From contig CAVSZB010000008.1 in the NCBI GenBank assembly GCA_963732385.1, forward strand, positions 32,001 to 96,000: a stretch of 64,000 nt of DNA. Reading direction: 5' to 3'. The DNA is from an uncultured bacterium (GTDB lineage: Bacteria; Krumholzibacteriota; Krumholzibacteriia; LZORAL124-64-63). Shown piece after piece: positions 41,823-50,759 of this stretch. The translations under genes and the position numbers were made by a program. The notes under the pieces were generated by a model that was not told the DNA's origin, searched no databases, and saw only the letters and a list, made by a program, of their open reading frames with translations. The number at the start of each line of letters is the position of its first letter. Position 1 is the first letter of the stretch.

Positions 41823-42272
41823 ATGCTGAAGCTGAACAACCTGTCGGCCCCCAAGGGCGCGAACCGCAAAATCAAGCGGATTGGTCGCGGGCCCGGGTCC
41901 GGACATGGCAAGACGTCGGGCAAAGGCCACAAGGGCCAGCGCGCGCGTTCGGGCCCCGGCATCGCGCCGTGGTTCGAGGGCGGGCAGATGCCATTGCAGC
42001 GCCGGGTGCCCAAGCGTGGGTTCACCAACATCTTCAAGAAGGAATTCCAGATCATCAACCTGGAAGACCTCGAGGAGCGTTTCGAGGCGGGCGCCCACGT
42101 GGACGCCCTGGCCCTGGCCATGGTCGGCCTGATCCGCTATCCCGACCGCCCCGTCAAGCTGCTCGCCCGCGGCGCCGTGACGAAAGTGCTGCAGGTGCAT
42201 GTGACGCGGGCCAGCCAGGCGGCGCAGGGCGCCGTGTCGGCGGCTGGCGGTTCCGTGACCGTCGAGGACTGA
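41823..42272 (+). CDS. rplO: 50S ribosomal protein L15
   Basis: RIGRG.GSG.GKT.G.GHKGQ; FEGGQMPL.RR.PKRGF. Confidence 0.98.
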   Translation: MLKLNNLSAPKGANRKIKRIGRGPGSGHGKTSGKGHKGQRARSGPGIAPWFEGGQMPLQRRVPKRGFTNIFKKEFQIINLEDLEERFEAGAHVDALALAMVGLIRYPDRPVKLLARGAVTKVLQVHVTRASQAAQGAVSAAGGSVTVED

Positions 42273-42315
42273 GCGGGCGAGGGTCCCGGGACCCCCAACA
42301 GAAGGAAACTCGGCA

Positions 42316-43617
42316 GTGAATATCACCGGCAGCTATCAGAGCATGTTCAAGATCCCCGAACTGAAGCGGCGGATCCTGTTCACGGCGCTGATCCTCGTGG
42401 TCTACCGGCTCGGGAGCTATGTCCCATCACCGGGGATCAACATCGAGGCCTTGAAGGGTTTCTTCGCCGACCAGGAGAAGACGCTGCTCGGGCTATACGA
42501 CATGTTCTCCGGAGGCAATCTGCACCAGGCGACGATCTTCGCGCTGGGCATCATGCCCTATATCAGCGCTTCGATCATTTTCCAGCTGCTCCAGGCCGTG
42601 GTGCCGTACTTCGAGAAACTGGCGAAGGAGGGCGAGGAGGGCCGTCGGAAGATCAACCAGTACACCCGCTACGGCACGGTGGCGCTGGCGCTTGTCCAGT
42701 CGTTCGGTATCAGCTTCGCGCTCGAGGGGATGGGCAACATCGTCCTGCACCCCGGGATTGGCTTCAAGCTGTTGACCATGCTCACCCTGACCACGGGAAC
42801 GATTTTCGTCATGTGGCTCGGCGAGCAGATTACGGAACGGGGCATCGGCAACGGCATTTCGCTGATCATCTTCGTCGGGATCATCGCGCGCTATCCGAAC
42901 GACGCGCTTAACACGATGCAGCAGCTGCGATCCGGCGAGATGCACTTCCTCAAGCTGGCCCTCATCCTGGCCTTCATGGCGGTGGTGGTCGGCGGGATCA
43001 TCGCCATTACGCAGGGGCAGCGTCGGATCCCTGTGCAGTACGCCAAGAAGATCGTCGGCCGGCGTATCTACGGTGGCGCGAATACCCACATCCCGCTGCG
43101 AGTCAACACCGCCGGCGTGATCCCGATCATTTTCGCGCAGTCGATCATCATGTTCCCCGGCACGCTCGGCGCGATGTTCCAGAACAACGCCTTCTTCGAG
43201 GGGCTTGCGAGCCTTTTCCGGAACACGCATCCGGTCTACATCATCAGCTATACGACGCTGATCATCCTGTTCACCTACTTCTACACCGCCGTCGTCCTGA
43301 ACCCAGTAGACCTGGCGGACAACATGAAGAAGAACAGCGGTTTCATCCCCGGCGTGCGGCCAGGGAAGAAGACCGCCGAGTATATCGACAAGGTCCTTAC
43401 GCGCGTCACGCTGCCGGGGGCGATGTTCCTGGCGCTGATCGCGGTGCTTCCCGACCTGATGATCAACTGGTTGAACGTGCCGTTCTATTTCGGCGGCACC
43501 GGGCTGCTGATCGTGATCGGTGTGGGGCTGGACACCCTGCAGCAGATCGAATCGCATCTGGTCATGCGTCACTACGATGGCTTCATGTCGCGGGGACGCT
43601 TGCGGGCACGGAGGTAG
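42316..43617 (+). CDS. secY: Preprotein translocase subunit SecY
   Basis: IFALGIMPYISASII; WLGEQITERGIGNG; FIPGVRPG; 10 TM helices. Confidence 0.99.
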   Translation: MNITGSYQSMFKIPELKRRILFTALILVVYRLGSYVPSPGINIEALKGFFADQEKTLLGLYDMFSGGNLHQATIFALGIMPYISASIIFQLLQAVVPYFEKLAKEGEEGRRKINQYTRYGTVALALVQSFGISFALEGMGNIVLHPGIGFKLLTMLTLTTGTIFVMWLGEQITERGIGNGISLIIFVGIIARYPNDALNTMQQLRSGEMHFLKLALILAFMAVVVGGIIAITQGQRRIPVQYAKKIVGRRIYGGANTHIPLRVNTAGVIPIIFAQSIIMFPGTLGAMFQNNAFFEGLASLFRNTHPVYIISYTTLIILFTYFYTAVVLNPVDLADNMKKNSGFIPGVRPGKKTAEYIDKVLTRVTLPGAMFLALIAVLPDLMINWLNVPFYFGGTGLLIVIGVGLDTLQQIESHLVMRHYDGFMSRGRLRARR

Positions 43618-43626
43618 GAGCGATCC

Positions 43627-44262
43627 TTGAACCTGGTCCTGGCCGGACCGCCGGGGAGCGGCAAGGGGACGCATGCGGCGCTGCTGGCGCAGGGCCGTTC
43701 GCTGCGACACATCTCCACCGGCGAACTGCTGCGCGGGGCCGTGGCGGGTGGGACGGACCTGGGATGGCAGGTAGAGGGGATCCTGGAGCGGGGCGAACTG
43801 GTGCCGGACAACCTGATGATGACCATCATCAGGGACTGTCTGGCCGGCAGCGGCGGCGGCTGGCTGCTGGACGGTTTTCCGCGGACGGTGGCGCAGGCCG
43901 AGGCGCTGGTGCCCCTGCTGGCGGAACTGGACCAGCCGGTTGACATGGTGCTCGCGCTGCAGGTGCCGGACGACGAGATCGTGCGGCGGCTCGCGAGACG
44001 CCTCAACTGTGGCGGCTGCGGGCTGGTGACGGCGCAGGAACGCCTGAGCGCGGACGGGGGATGCCCCCGGTGCGGTGGCAAAGACCTGCGGGTGCGCGCG
44101 GATGACCGCGAGGAGACCGTGCGTAACCGTCTGACCGTCTACCGCGCGCAGACACAGCCGGCCCTGGAGATCCTGGGTCGATGTTATCCGCTGCGGTGGG
44201 TGGACGGACGCGGTGATGCCGCCGCGGTAGCTCAGAGGATTGCGGGTGTCCTGGAAGCATAG
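43627..44262 (+). CDS. adk: Adenylate kinase (Zn-finger LID)
   Basis: GPPGSGKGT, HISTG, LDGFPR, CxxC..CxxC, R.DD. Confidence 0.96.
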   Translation: MNLVLAGPPGSGKGTHAALLAQGRSLRHISTGELLRGAVAGGTDLGWQVEGILERGELVPDNLMMTIIRDCLAGSGGGWLLDGFPRTVAQAEALVPLLAELDQPVDMVLALQVPDDEIVRRLARRLNCGGCGLVTAQERLSADGGCPRCGGKDLRVRADDREETVRNRLTVYRAQTQPALEILGRCYPLRWVDGRGDAAAVAQRIAGVLEA

Positions 44263-45010
44263 GATCCGGCTGAAGTCGCCCGCCGAACTGGAGATGATGG
44301 CCGCGAGCGCGCGGGTGTTGGCGGATGTGTTCCGCGCTCTGCCGCCGCTGGTGGTGCCGGGCGCCACGACCGGCGAGATTGACGCGGCGATCGAACGCAT
44401 GATCAGGGACGCCGGTTGTATCCCCTCGTTCAAGGGGTACAACGGCTTCCCGGCCGCGAGTTGCATCTCGGTCAACGACGTGGTGGTGCACGGCATACCC
44501 ACGGAGCTGGCCCTGGTCGAGGGTGATATCGTCGGGATCGACATCGGCCTGATCCGCGACGGGTATCATTCCGACTCGGCGGAGACGTTGCCGGTCGGTC
44601 GGATCGGCGATGACGCGGCCCGGTTGCTGCAGGTGACGCGCCAGTGTCTTGAGTTGGCGATTGGTGCGGTGCGGCCTGGCGCCAGGATTTCGGCGATCGG
44701 CGTGGTGGTCGAGGGGCACGCGCGGGCGAACGGGTTTTCGGTGGTGGAAACGCTCGTGGGACACGGTATCGGGCGGGAGATGCACGAGGATCCGCAGGTG
44801 CCGAATTACCGCAGTTTCGCCACTCCCGATCCGGTGATGGAGACCGGCCTGGTGATCGCGATCGAGCCGATGATCAACGCCGGCACCAAGCGCGTGGTGA
44901 CCGACGAGGACCAGTGGACGGTCCGGACGGCAGACGGGAAGTTGTCGGCGCACTTCGAGCACACGGTGGCTGTTGTTGCAGACGGCTCCTGGGTCCTGAC
45001 GCGGCGCTGA
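44240..45010 (+). CDS. map: Methionine aminopeptidase type I
   Basis: CISVN..VVHGIP; GHGIG..MHEDP; IEPM; SAHFEHT. Start is 44240 or 44246. Confidence 0.96.
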   Translation: MRVSWKHRIRLKSPAELEMMAASARVLADVFRALPPLVVPGATTGEIDAAIERMIRDAGCIPSFKGYNGFPAASCISVNDVVVHGIPTELALVEGDIVGIDIGLIRDGYHSDSAETLPVGRIGDDAARLLQVTRQCLELAIGAVRPGARISAIGVVVEGHARANGFSVVETLVGHGIGREMHEDPQVPNYRSFATPDPVMETGLVIAIEPMINAGTKRVVTDEDQWTVRTADGKLSAHFEHTVAVVADGSWVLTRR

Positions 45011-45043
45011 CCCGGTCCGGCGCGGATTGCCAGAAGGGAACGC

Positions 45044-45265
45044 ATGGCCAAGGAAGAGGGCATCAGCGTCGAGGGAACGGTTGTCGAGGCCCTGCCGAAT
45101 GCGATGTTCAGGGTCGAGCTCGACAACAACAAGCACGTGGTCCTGGCGCACGTCTCGGGCAAGATGCGCATGCATTTCATCCGCATCCTGCCGGGCGACA
45201 AGGTGACGGTGGAGCTTTCCCCGTACGACCTGACGCGGGGCCGGATCACGTATCGCTACAAGTGA
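45044..45265 (+). CDS. infA: Translation initiation factor IF-1
   Basis: [29 protein letters not shown]. Confidence 0.98.
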   Translation: MAKEEGISVEGTVVEALPNAMFRVELDNNKHVVLAHVSGKMRMHFIRILPGDKVTVELSPYDLTRGRITYRYK

Positions 45266-45299
45266 CGCTCGCCCCAGCGGGCGGCGCCAAGGAGACGTC

Positions 45300-45413
45300 A
45301 TGAAGGTTCGCGCATCGGTACGCAAGATCTGTCCGAAGTGCAAGGTTCTCCGGCGCAAGGGCGTCGTGCGGGTCATCTGCCTGAATCGGCGGCACAACCA
45401 GCGCCAGGGCTAG
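45300..45413 (+). CDS. rpmJ: 50S ribosomal protein L36 (Zn-binding form)
   Basis: My translation: [37 protein letters not shown]. Confidence 0.96.
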   Translation: MKVRASVRKICPKCKVLRRKGVVRVICLNRRHNQRQG

Positions 45414-45467
45414 GCTGACGGCCACGCCGGGAGCGACCGGCTGGCGGCGGGTACGAAAGGAGCCGAA

Positions 45468-45839
45468 GTGGCCAGAATCGCGGGTGTAGACATTCCGAAC
45501 GAGAAGCGCGTAGCAACCTCGCTGACCTATATTTTCGGGGTGGGTCAGCACCGTGCCCTGCAGATCTGCGAGAAGGCCGGGATCAGTCCCGACACGCGGA
45601 CGCGCGACCTTACCGAGGAGGAGTCCCGCAAGATCATCGGGATTCTCGACAAGGACTATCAGGTCGAGGGGACGCTGCGAACCGAAGTGGCCATGAACGT
45701 TCAGCGTCTCATGGACATTGGTTGCTACCGCGGCTTGCGGCATCGGCGCAAGCTTCCCTGTCGCGGGCAGAACACCAAGAACAACGCCCGCACTCGCAAG
45801 GGACCGCGAGCCCGGCCCGGCAGCAAGAAGAAGGCTTAA
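45468..45839 (+). CDS. rpsM: 30S ribosomal protein S13
   Basis: [29 protein letters not shown]. Confidence 0.98.
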   Translation: MARIAGVDIPNEKRVATSLTYIFGVGQHRALQICEKAGISPDTRTRDLTEEESRKIIGILDKDYQVEGTLRTEVAMNVQRLMDIGCYRGLRHRRKLPCRGQNTKNNARTRKGPRARPGSKKKA

Positions 45840-45851
45840 GGAGGATCCGGC

Positions 45852-46253
45852 GTGGCGAATCCCAAGGAAAAGAAGGCCAAGGGCCGCAAGACGCGCAAGA
45901 AGCTCGACGCCATCGGCGTGGCGCATGTGAAGTCGAGCTTCAACAATACCCTCGTGACGATCACCGACCTCAACGGGAACGTGATTACGTGGTCGTCCGG
46001 CGGGCACCAGGGGCGTTACAAGGGCAGTCGCAAGTCGACCGCCTTTGCCGCTCAGCTGGCTGCGCGGTTCTGCGCCCAGGAGGTTCTGAACCAGGGCATG
46101 AAGAAGGTCGAGGTGTGGGTGAAGGGTCCCGGCTCCGGCCGCGAAGCCGCCATCCGCAGCCTCAAGGCGGAGGGCCTGGAGGTCAGCCGCGTGAAGGACG
46201 TGACGGCGGTGCCGCACAACGGCTGCCGGCCGAAGAAGCGTCGTCGACTGTAG
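45852..46253 (+). CDS. rpsK: 30S ribosomal protein S11
   Basis: SFNNT; KGSRKST; GPGSGRE; PHNGCRP. Confidence 0.98.
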   Translation: MANPKEKKAKGRKTRKKLDAIGVAHVKSSFNNTLVTITDLNGNVITWSSGGHQGRYKGSRKSTAFAAQLAARFCAQEVLNQGMKKVEVWVKGPGSGREAAIRSLKAEGLEVSRVKDVTAVPHNGCRPKKRRRL

Positions 46254-46319
46254 TACCATCTACCGGGAGAAGCGTCGGGATATGAGGAGCCCGGCGCCCT
46301 CACCAGGAGGTTCCAGCGA

Positions 46320-46952
46320 ATGGCCAGGTACACTGAGGCCAAGTGCAAACTTTGCCGCCGCGAGGGGATGAAGCTGTTCCTCAAGGGCGAGCGCTGCTAC
46401 ACGGACCGCTGCGCTATCGAGCGCAGACCTTACGGCCCGGGTCAGCATGGACGCCGCCGTGGGCGTAAACCCTCGGACTACAAACTGCAACTCAGAGAGA
46501 AGCAGAAAGTCCGGTCGATTTACGGCCTTCTGGAACGGCAGTTCCGCAACTACTTTACCGAGGCTGAGCGCCGCACGGGCGTCACGGGTTCCAACCTGTT
46601 CACCCTGCTCGAGAAGCGGCTGGACAACATCGTCTACCGCATGGGCTTCGCGCCGTCGCGGTCGGCTGCCCGGCAGCTCGTGCGTCACAAGCATGTGACG
46701 GTGAACGGCGAGGCATGCGACATACCGAGCTACTCGGTTCGCGTCGGACAGGTTGTTTCCGTGCGCGAGAAGAGCCGCAACATCCCGATGGTGGTCGCTG
46801 CGCTTAAGGACAGGGCAAAGCGCGATCGACTTTCCTTCGTGGACGTCGACGACAAGAAGATGGAGGGTCGATTGGTGCAGGAGCCGCAGATGAGCGACCT
46901 GCCCATCCCGATCCAGGAGAATCTGATCGTCGAGCTGTACTCGAAGGTCTGA
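46320..46952 (+). CDS. rpsD: 30S ribosomal protein S4 (Zn-binding N-terminus)
   Basis: [30 protein letters not shown]. Confidence 0.98.
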   Translation: MARYTEAKCKLCRREGMKLFLKGERCYTDRCAIERRPYGPGQHGRRRGRKPSDYKLQLREKQKVRSIYGLLERQFRNYFTEAERRTGVTGSNLFTLLEKRLDNIVYRMGFAPSRSAARQLVRHKHVTVNGEACDIPSYSVRVGQVVSVREKSRNIPMVVAALKDRAKRDRLSFVDVDDKKMEGRLVQEPQMSDLPIPIQENLIVELYSKV

Positions 46953-46986
46953 GTCGGCGCTCGCCAGGGAAGGGGATGTCGGTACC

Positions 46987-47985
46987 ATGAAGTGGATCAA
47001 TATGATGATGCCGGATGGCGTCAAGGTAGCTCGCGAGACGCAGACCGATTCGTTCGCGGAGCTCACGCTCGCCCCTCTGGAGCGGGGATTCGGGCACACG
47101 CTGGGCAGTGCCCTGCGGCGCACGCTGCTCTCCTCGATCCACGGGCACGCCGTTACGGCCGTGCAGCTGGATGGCGTCAAGCACGAGTTGAGCACGCTGC
47201 CGAACGTCCTCGAGGACGTCACGGATATCGTGCTGAACTGCAAGCAGATCGTGTTCGCGCTTTCCGATCTGCCGTCGCACTGGGCGGTGATCGAGGCCGC
47301 GAAGCCGGGGCCGGTCACGGCAGGCCGGATCAACGGCCATCCGGAGTTGAAGATCTGCAATCCCGATCATGTGATCTGCACGATCACGGAGCCCGGATCG
47401 TTCCGGCTGCGGCTGTATGTGGATACGGGTCGCGGGTATGTCGAGCGCGAGTCGCACGCCATTCCGGACGAAGTCATCGGTGTCATCCGCCTGGACGCGA
47501 ACTTTTCGCCCATTCGGAAGGTCAGCTACAGGGTTGAGGACACGCGTGTCGGTCAGCGCACGGATTACGACAAGCTGGTCATGAGCATCACGACCGACGG
47601 CAGCGTGCGTCCGGAGGACGCCGTCGGCTTCGCGTCGAAGCTGCTGAAGGACCAGTTGCAGATGTTCATCAATTTCGACGAAGCGCCCATCGATGCCCAG
47701 GAGACGATCGTCGATGAGGAGCAGCAGCGCCTGGTGGAGCTGCTGTGCCGCAACGTCGAGGAACTGGAGCTGTCCGTCCGCTCAGCGAACTGCCTCAAGG
47801 CGGGCAAGATCCTCACCCTGTACGACCTCGTAACGAGGACCGAGCAGGAGATGCTCAAGTTCCGCAACTTCGGCCGCAAGAGCCTGAATGAAATTCAGGA
47901 GATCATAACGGGCATGGACCTGGGCTTCGGCATGGTCTTCCCGTCCGAGATCGCGGACCGGGTGGCGGGCAGGGCCGGCAACTGA
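46987..47985 (+). CDS. rpoA: RNA polymerase alpha subunit
   Basis: PLERGFG.TLG..LRR.LLSS; RVGQRTDYDKL; LELSVRS.NCL; NFGRKSL.EI. Confidence 0.99.
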   Translation: MKWINMMMPDGVKVARETQTDSFAELTLAPLERGFGHTLGSALRRTLLSSIHGHAVTAVQLDGVKHELSTLPNVLEDVTDIVLNCKQIVFALSDLPSHWAVIEAAKPGPVTAGRINGHPELKICNPDHVICTITEPGSFRLRLYVDTGRGYVERESHAIPDEVIGVIRLDANFSPIRKVSYRVEDTRVGQRTDYDKLVMSITTDGSVRPEDAVGFASKLLKDQLQMFINFDEAPIDAQETIVDEEQQRLVELLCRNVEELELSVRSANCLKAGKILTLYDLVTRTEQEMLKFRNFGRKSLNEIQEIITGMDLGFGMVFPSEIADRVAGRAGN

Positions 47986-48049
47986 ACCGGCGGTAGCGCC
48001 GCCACAGGCAGGCGCCGGGGTACGATGCCCGGCGCGGAGGAAGCGAAAC

Positions 48050-48556
48050 ATGCGCCATCAAGTCAGAGGACGGAAATTCAGCCGGACCAAGGCCCATCGC
48101 GGCATGATGTTCCGCAACATGGTGACCGCCCTGTTCCGGCACGAACGTATCCAGACCACGACGCCCAAGGCCAAGGAGGCCCGGGCGCTGGCGGAACGTC
48201 TGATCACGTATGCCAAGGCCGGCGACCTTAACTCGCGCCGGCTGGCGGCCCGCAAGCTCACCGATCCCGAGGTGCTGCAGAAGCTGTTTGCCGAGATCGG
48301 GCCGCGCTACGCGGATCGTCCGGGCGGTTACACTCGCGTTCTGCGCCTGGACGGACTGCGCAAGGGGGACGCCGCCGAAGTGGCGATCCTCGAGCTGGTC
48401 GGCAACAAGATGAAGCCGAAGGTGCGCGACACCGCCCAACGCAAACAGCGTCGCCGCATCCTGAAGGCCGAAGAGGCCGCCGCGGCGCTCGCGCCGCCGG
48501 CCGAGGCCAGAGCGAAGGACAAGCCCGACGTGGAGGGCGCCGAAGACGGCAAGTAA
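48050..48556 (+). CDS. rplQ: 50S ribosomal protein L17 with C-terminal extension
   Basis: MRH; I.TT.PKAKE; RPGGYTR; R.GDAA. Confidence 0.98.
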   Translation: MRHQVRGRKFSRTKAHRGMMFRNMVTALFRHERIQTTTPKAKEARALAERLITYAKAGDLNSRRLAARKLTDPEVLQKLFAEIGPRYADRPGGYTRVLRLDGLRKGDAAEVAILELVGNKMKPKVRDTAQRKQRRRILKAEEAAAALAPPAEARAKDKPDVEGAEDGK

Positions 48557-48588
48557 CCGGGCGGCTGTGCAACGCCGCCGCGGGAAGG

Positions 48589-48626
48589 ACGGGTCTCCGG
48601 GTCGCACCGGAGACCCGTTGTCATTT
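48589..48626 (+). terminator. Probable intrinsic terminator of the alpha operon
   Basis: 12-bp stem ACGGGTCTCCGG/CCGGAGACCCGT, 6-nt loop, TGTCATTT tail. Confidence 0.7.
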
Positions 48627-48666
48627 GCGCGCCCTGCCCGCCACCGCGAACGGCCGCAGCCCGGGG

Positions 48667-48695
48667 TTGATCGCGGGCCTCCCGTCCCCTACCTT
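48667..48695 (+). promoter_or_regulatory. Candidate sigma70 promoter for the fabH-ABC operon
   Basis: TTGATC-N17-TACCTT. Confidence 0.5.
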
Positions 48696-48747
48696 TCGAA
48701 TCATCCGTACTGGTTCCGGGCCTCCGCTTTGACGCAAAGGATTGCGC

Positions 48748-49755
48748 ATGTCTTCTCGCACGCTGCTTACCGCCGGGATCACCGGCGTCGGCATGGACTT
48801 CCCCGCGCGTCGGCTCACCAACGCCGATCTGGAAAGAATGGTGGAGACGAGCGAGTCCTGGATCACGGAGCGCACCGGCATCAAGGAGCGGCGTATCGTG
48901 GAGCCGGGCGTGGGGGCGTCGCACCACGGCGCGGAGGCGGCCCGCAAGGCGCTCGCGCATGCCGGGCTGACCCCCGCGGACGTCGATCTGATCATCGTGC
49001 CCACGGTCACGCCTGACATGATGTTTCCCGCCACCGCGTGCCTCATCCAGGAAAAGCTGGGCGCCACGCAGGCCTGGGGTTTCGACGTGAGCGCCGCCTG
49101 CAGCGGCTTCGTTTTCGCGCTGCAGGCCGCGCGCGCGCAGGTGGAGGCGGGCGCCAGCCGTTGCGCGCTGGTCATCGGCACCGAAGTCATGTCCTCCATC
49201 GTCGACTATCGGGACCGCAATGTCTGCGTGCTGTTCGGTGACGGCGCGGGCGCCGTAGTGGTGCAGCCGGTGCCGGCCGAGGCCGGCGGTCTCATCGACG
49301 GCATCAACTTCATCGACGGCAGCGGTGGGCGATATCTGAACATGCCGGGCGGTGGCAGCCTGAATCCGCCGACGCACGAGACCGTGGACGCCAACATGCA
49401 CTTCATCCACCAGGAAGGGCGTGAGGTCTTCAAGTACGCGGTGAAGGGAATGGCCTCTGTCACCACCTCCCTGCTCGATCGCAACGGCGTTTCGGCCGAC
49501 AAGGTCGCGCTGTTCGTGCCGCATCAGGCGAACATGCGTATCATCGAATCGGTGAGGGAGCGACTCGGCCTGACCCCCGAGCAGGTCATGATCACCATCG
49601 ATCGCTTCGGGAACACGACGTCGGCCAGCATCCCCTCGGCGCTGCGCGTGGCCTGCGACGAAGGGCGCCTGAAGCGGGGAGACACGGTCCTGCTCTGCAG
49701 CTTCGGCGCCGGCTGGACTTGGGGAGCGACGCTGTTGCGCTGGACGGCTGACTGA
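48748..49755 (+). CDS. fabH: Beta-ketoacyl-ACP synthase III
   Basis: WITERTGI; AACSGF (Cys), LFGDGAGA, PHQAN (His), GNTTSASIP (Asn); FGAG.TW. Confidence 0.95.
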   Translation: MSSRTLLTAGITGVGMDFPARRLTNADLERMVETSESWITERTGIKERRIVEPGVGASHHGAEAARKALAHAGLTPADVDLIIVPTVTPDMMFPATACLIQEKLGATQAWGFDVSAACSGFVFALQAARAQVEAGASRCALVIGTEVMSSIVDYRDRNVCVLFGDGAGAVVVQPVPAEAGGLIDGINFIDGSGGRYLNMPGGGSLNPPTHETVDANMHFIHQEGREVFKYAVKGMASVTTSLLDRNGVSADKVALFVPHQANMRIIESVRERLGLTPEQVMITIDRFGNTTSASIPSALRVACDEGRLKRGDTVLLCSFGAGWTWGATLLRWTAD

Positions 49756-49775
49756 AACACCGCCCCGGAGGGAAC

Positions 49776-50759
49776 ATGATCGAAGTCACGGGCCTCGGGC
49801 GGCGCTTCGGAGTTGTGGAGGCCCTCCGGAATCTCTCCTTCGCGGTCGCGCCGGGCGAGATCGTCGGCTTTCTCGGCCCCAACGGCGCCGGTAAGACCAC
49901 CGTCATGCGCATTTTGACCTGCACCCTGCCGCCCACGGTGGGGCGGGCGACGGTGGCCGGCCACGATATCGTGACCGAGGCGCTTGCTGTGCGGCGGCGG
50001 ATCGGCTTCATGCCGGAAAATGTCCCACTCTACACCGATTGCACGGTCGATGAACTGCTGCGCCTCGTGGCGCGCCTCAAGGAGGTGCCGGCACGGACGA
50101 TGGCTGCGGCGGTCGATGGCGTGGTGCGGCGCGCCGGCCTGAGCGAGGTGCGCAGCCGTCTGGTGGGCCACCTGTCCAAGGGTTTCCGCCAGCGGGTGGG
50201 GGTCGCGCAGGCGTTGCTCGGGGATCCGCCGGTTCTGATCCTCGACGAGCCGTCGAGCGGGCTCGATCCGCAGCAGATCGTGGAGATCCGCGAGTTGATC
50301 CGGGGCTTCGCCGGGGAAAAGACGGTGTTGCTCTCCAGCCACATCCTCAACGAGGTGAGCCTGATCTGCGGTCGGGTGCTGATCCTGGACAGGGGTCGAC
50401 TGGTCGGCGAGGCGGATCCGCGCAGTCTGGCCCCGCGGCTCGACGGCCGACCCCGCGTCGCGGTGGACTGGGACGGACCGCGGGAGGTCGTCAGGGCCGC
50501 TCTGGCCGTGGTGCGCGGCGTGATCTCGGTCGTGCCGGTGGACAGCGGCGCCGAGGTGACGCTCGACCGTGACCCTGAAACGGTTCGTCCCGATCTTGCG
50601 GCGGCCGTGATCGGCGCCGGGGGCCGTCTCCAGCGCATGGAGGATCGAGGGGCCACGTTGGAGGAGCTGTTCCTGAGCCTGACCGCGGGGCGGGGCGTGC
50701 CGGGGGCGGCGCCTTCGACTCCCCCGCTCGCAGGCAACGGCAGGGAGGCCGCACCGTGA
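49776..50759 (+). CDS. ABC transporter ATP-binding protein (GldA-like)
   Basis: GPNGAGKTT; LSKGFRQRVG; LILDEP.SGLDP.QI.EIR; SSHIL. Confidence 0.92.
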   Translation: MIEVTGLGRRFGVVEALRNLSFAVAPGEIVGFLGPNGAGKTTVMRILTCTLPPTVGRATVAGHDIVTEALAVRRRIGFMPENVPLYTDCTVDELLRLVARLKEVPARTMAAAVDGVVRRAGLSEVRSRLVGHLSKGFRQRVGVAQALLGDPPVLILDEPSSGLDPQQIVEIRELIRGFAGEKTVLLSSHILNEVSLICGRVLILDRGRLVGEADPRSLAPRLDGRPRVAVDWDGPREVVRAALAVVRGVISVVPVDSGAEVTLDRDPETVRPDLAAAVIGAGGRLQRMEDRGATLEELFLSLTAGRGVPGAAPSTPPLAGNGREAAP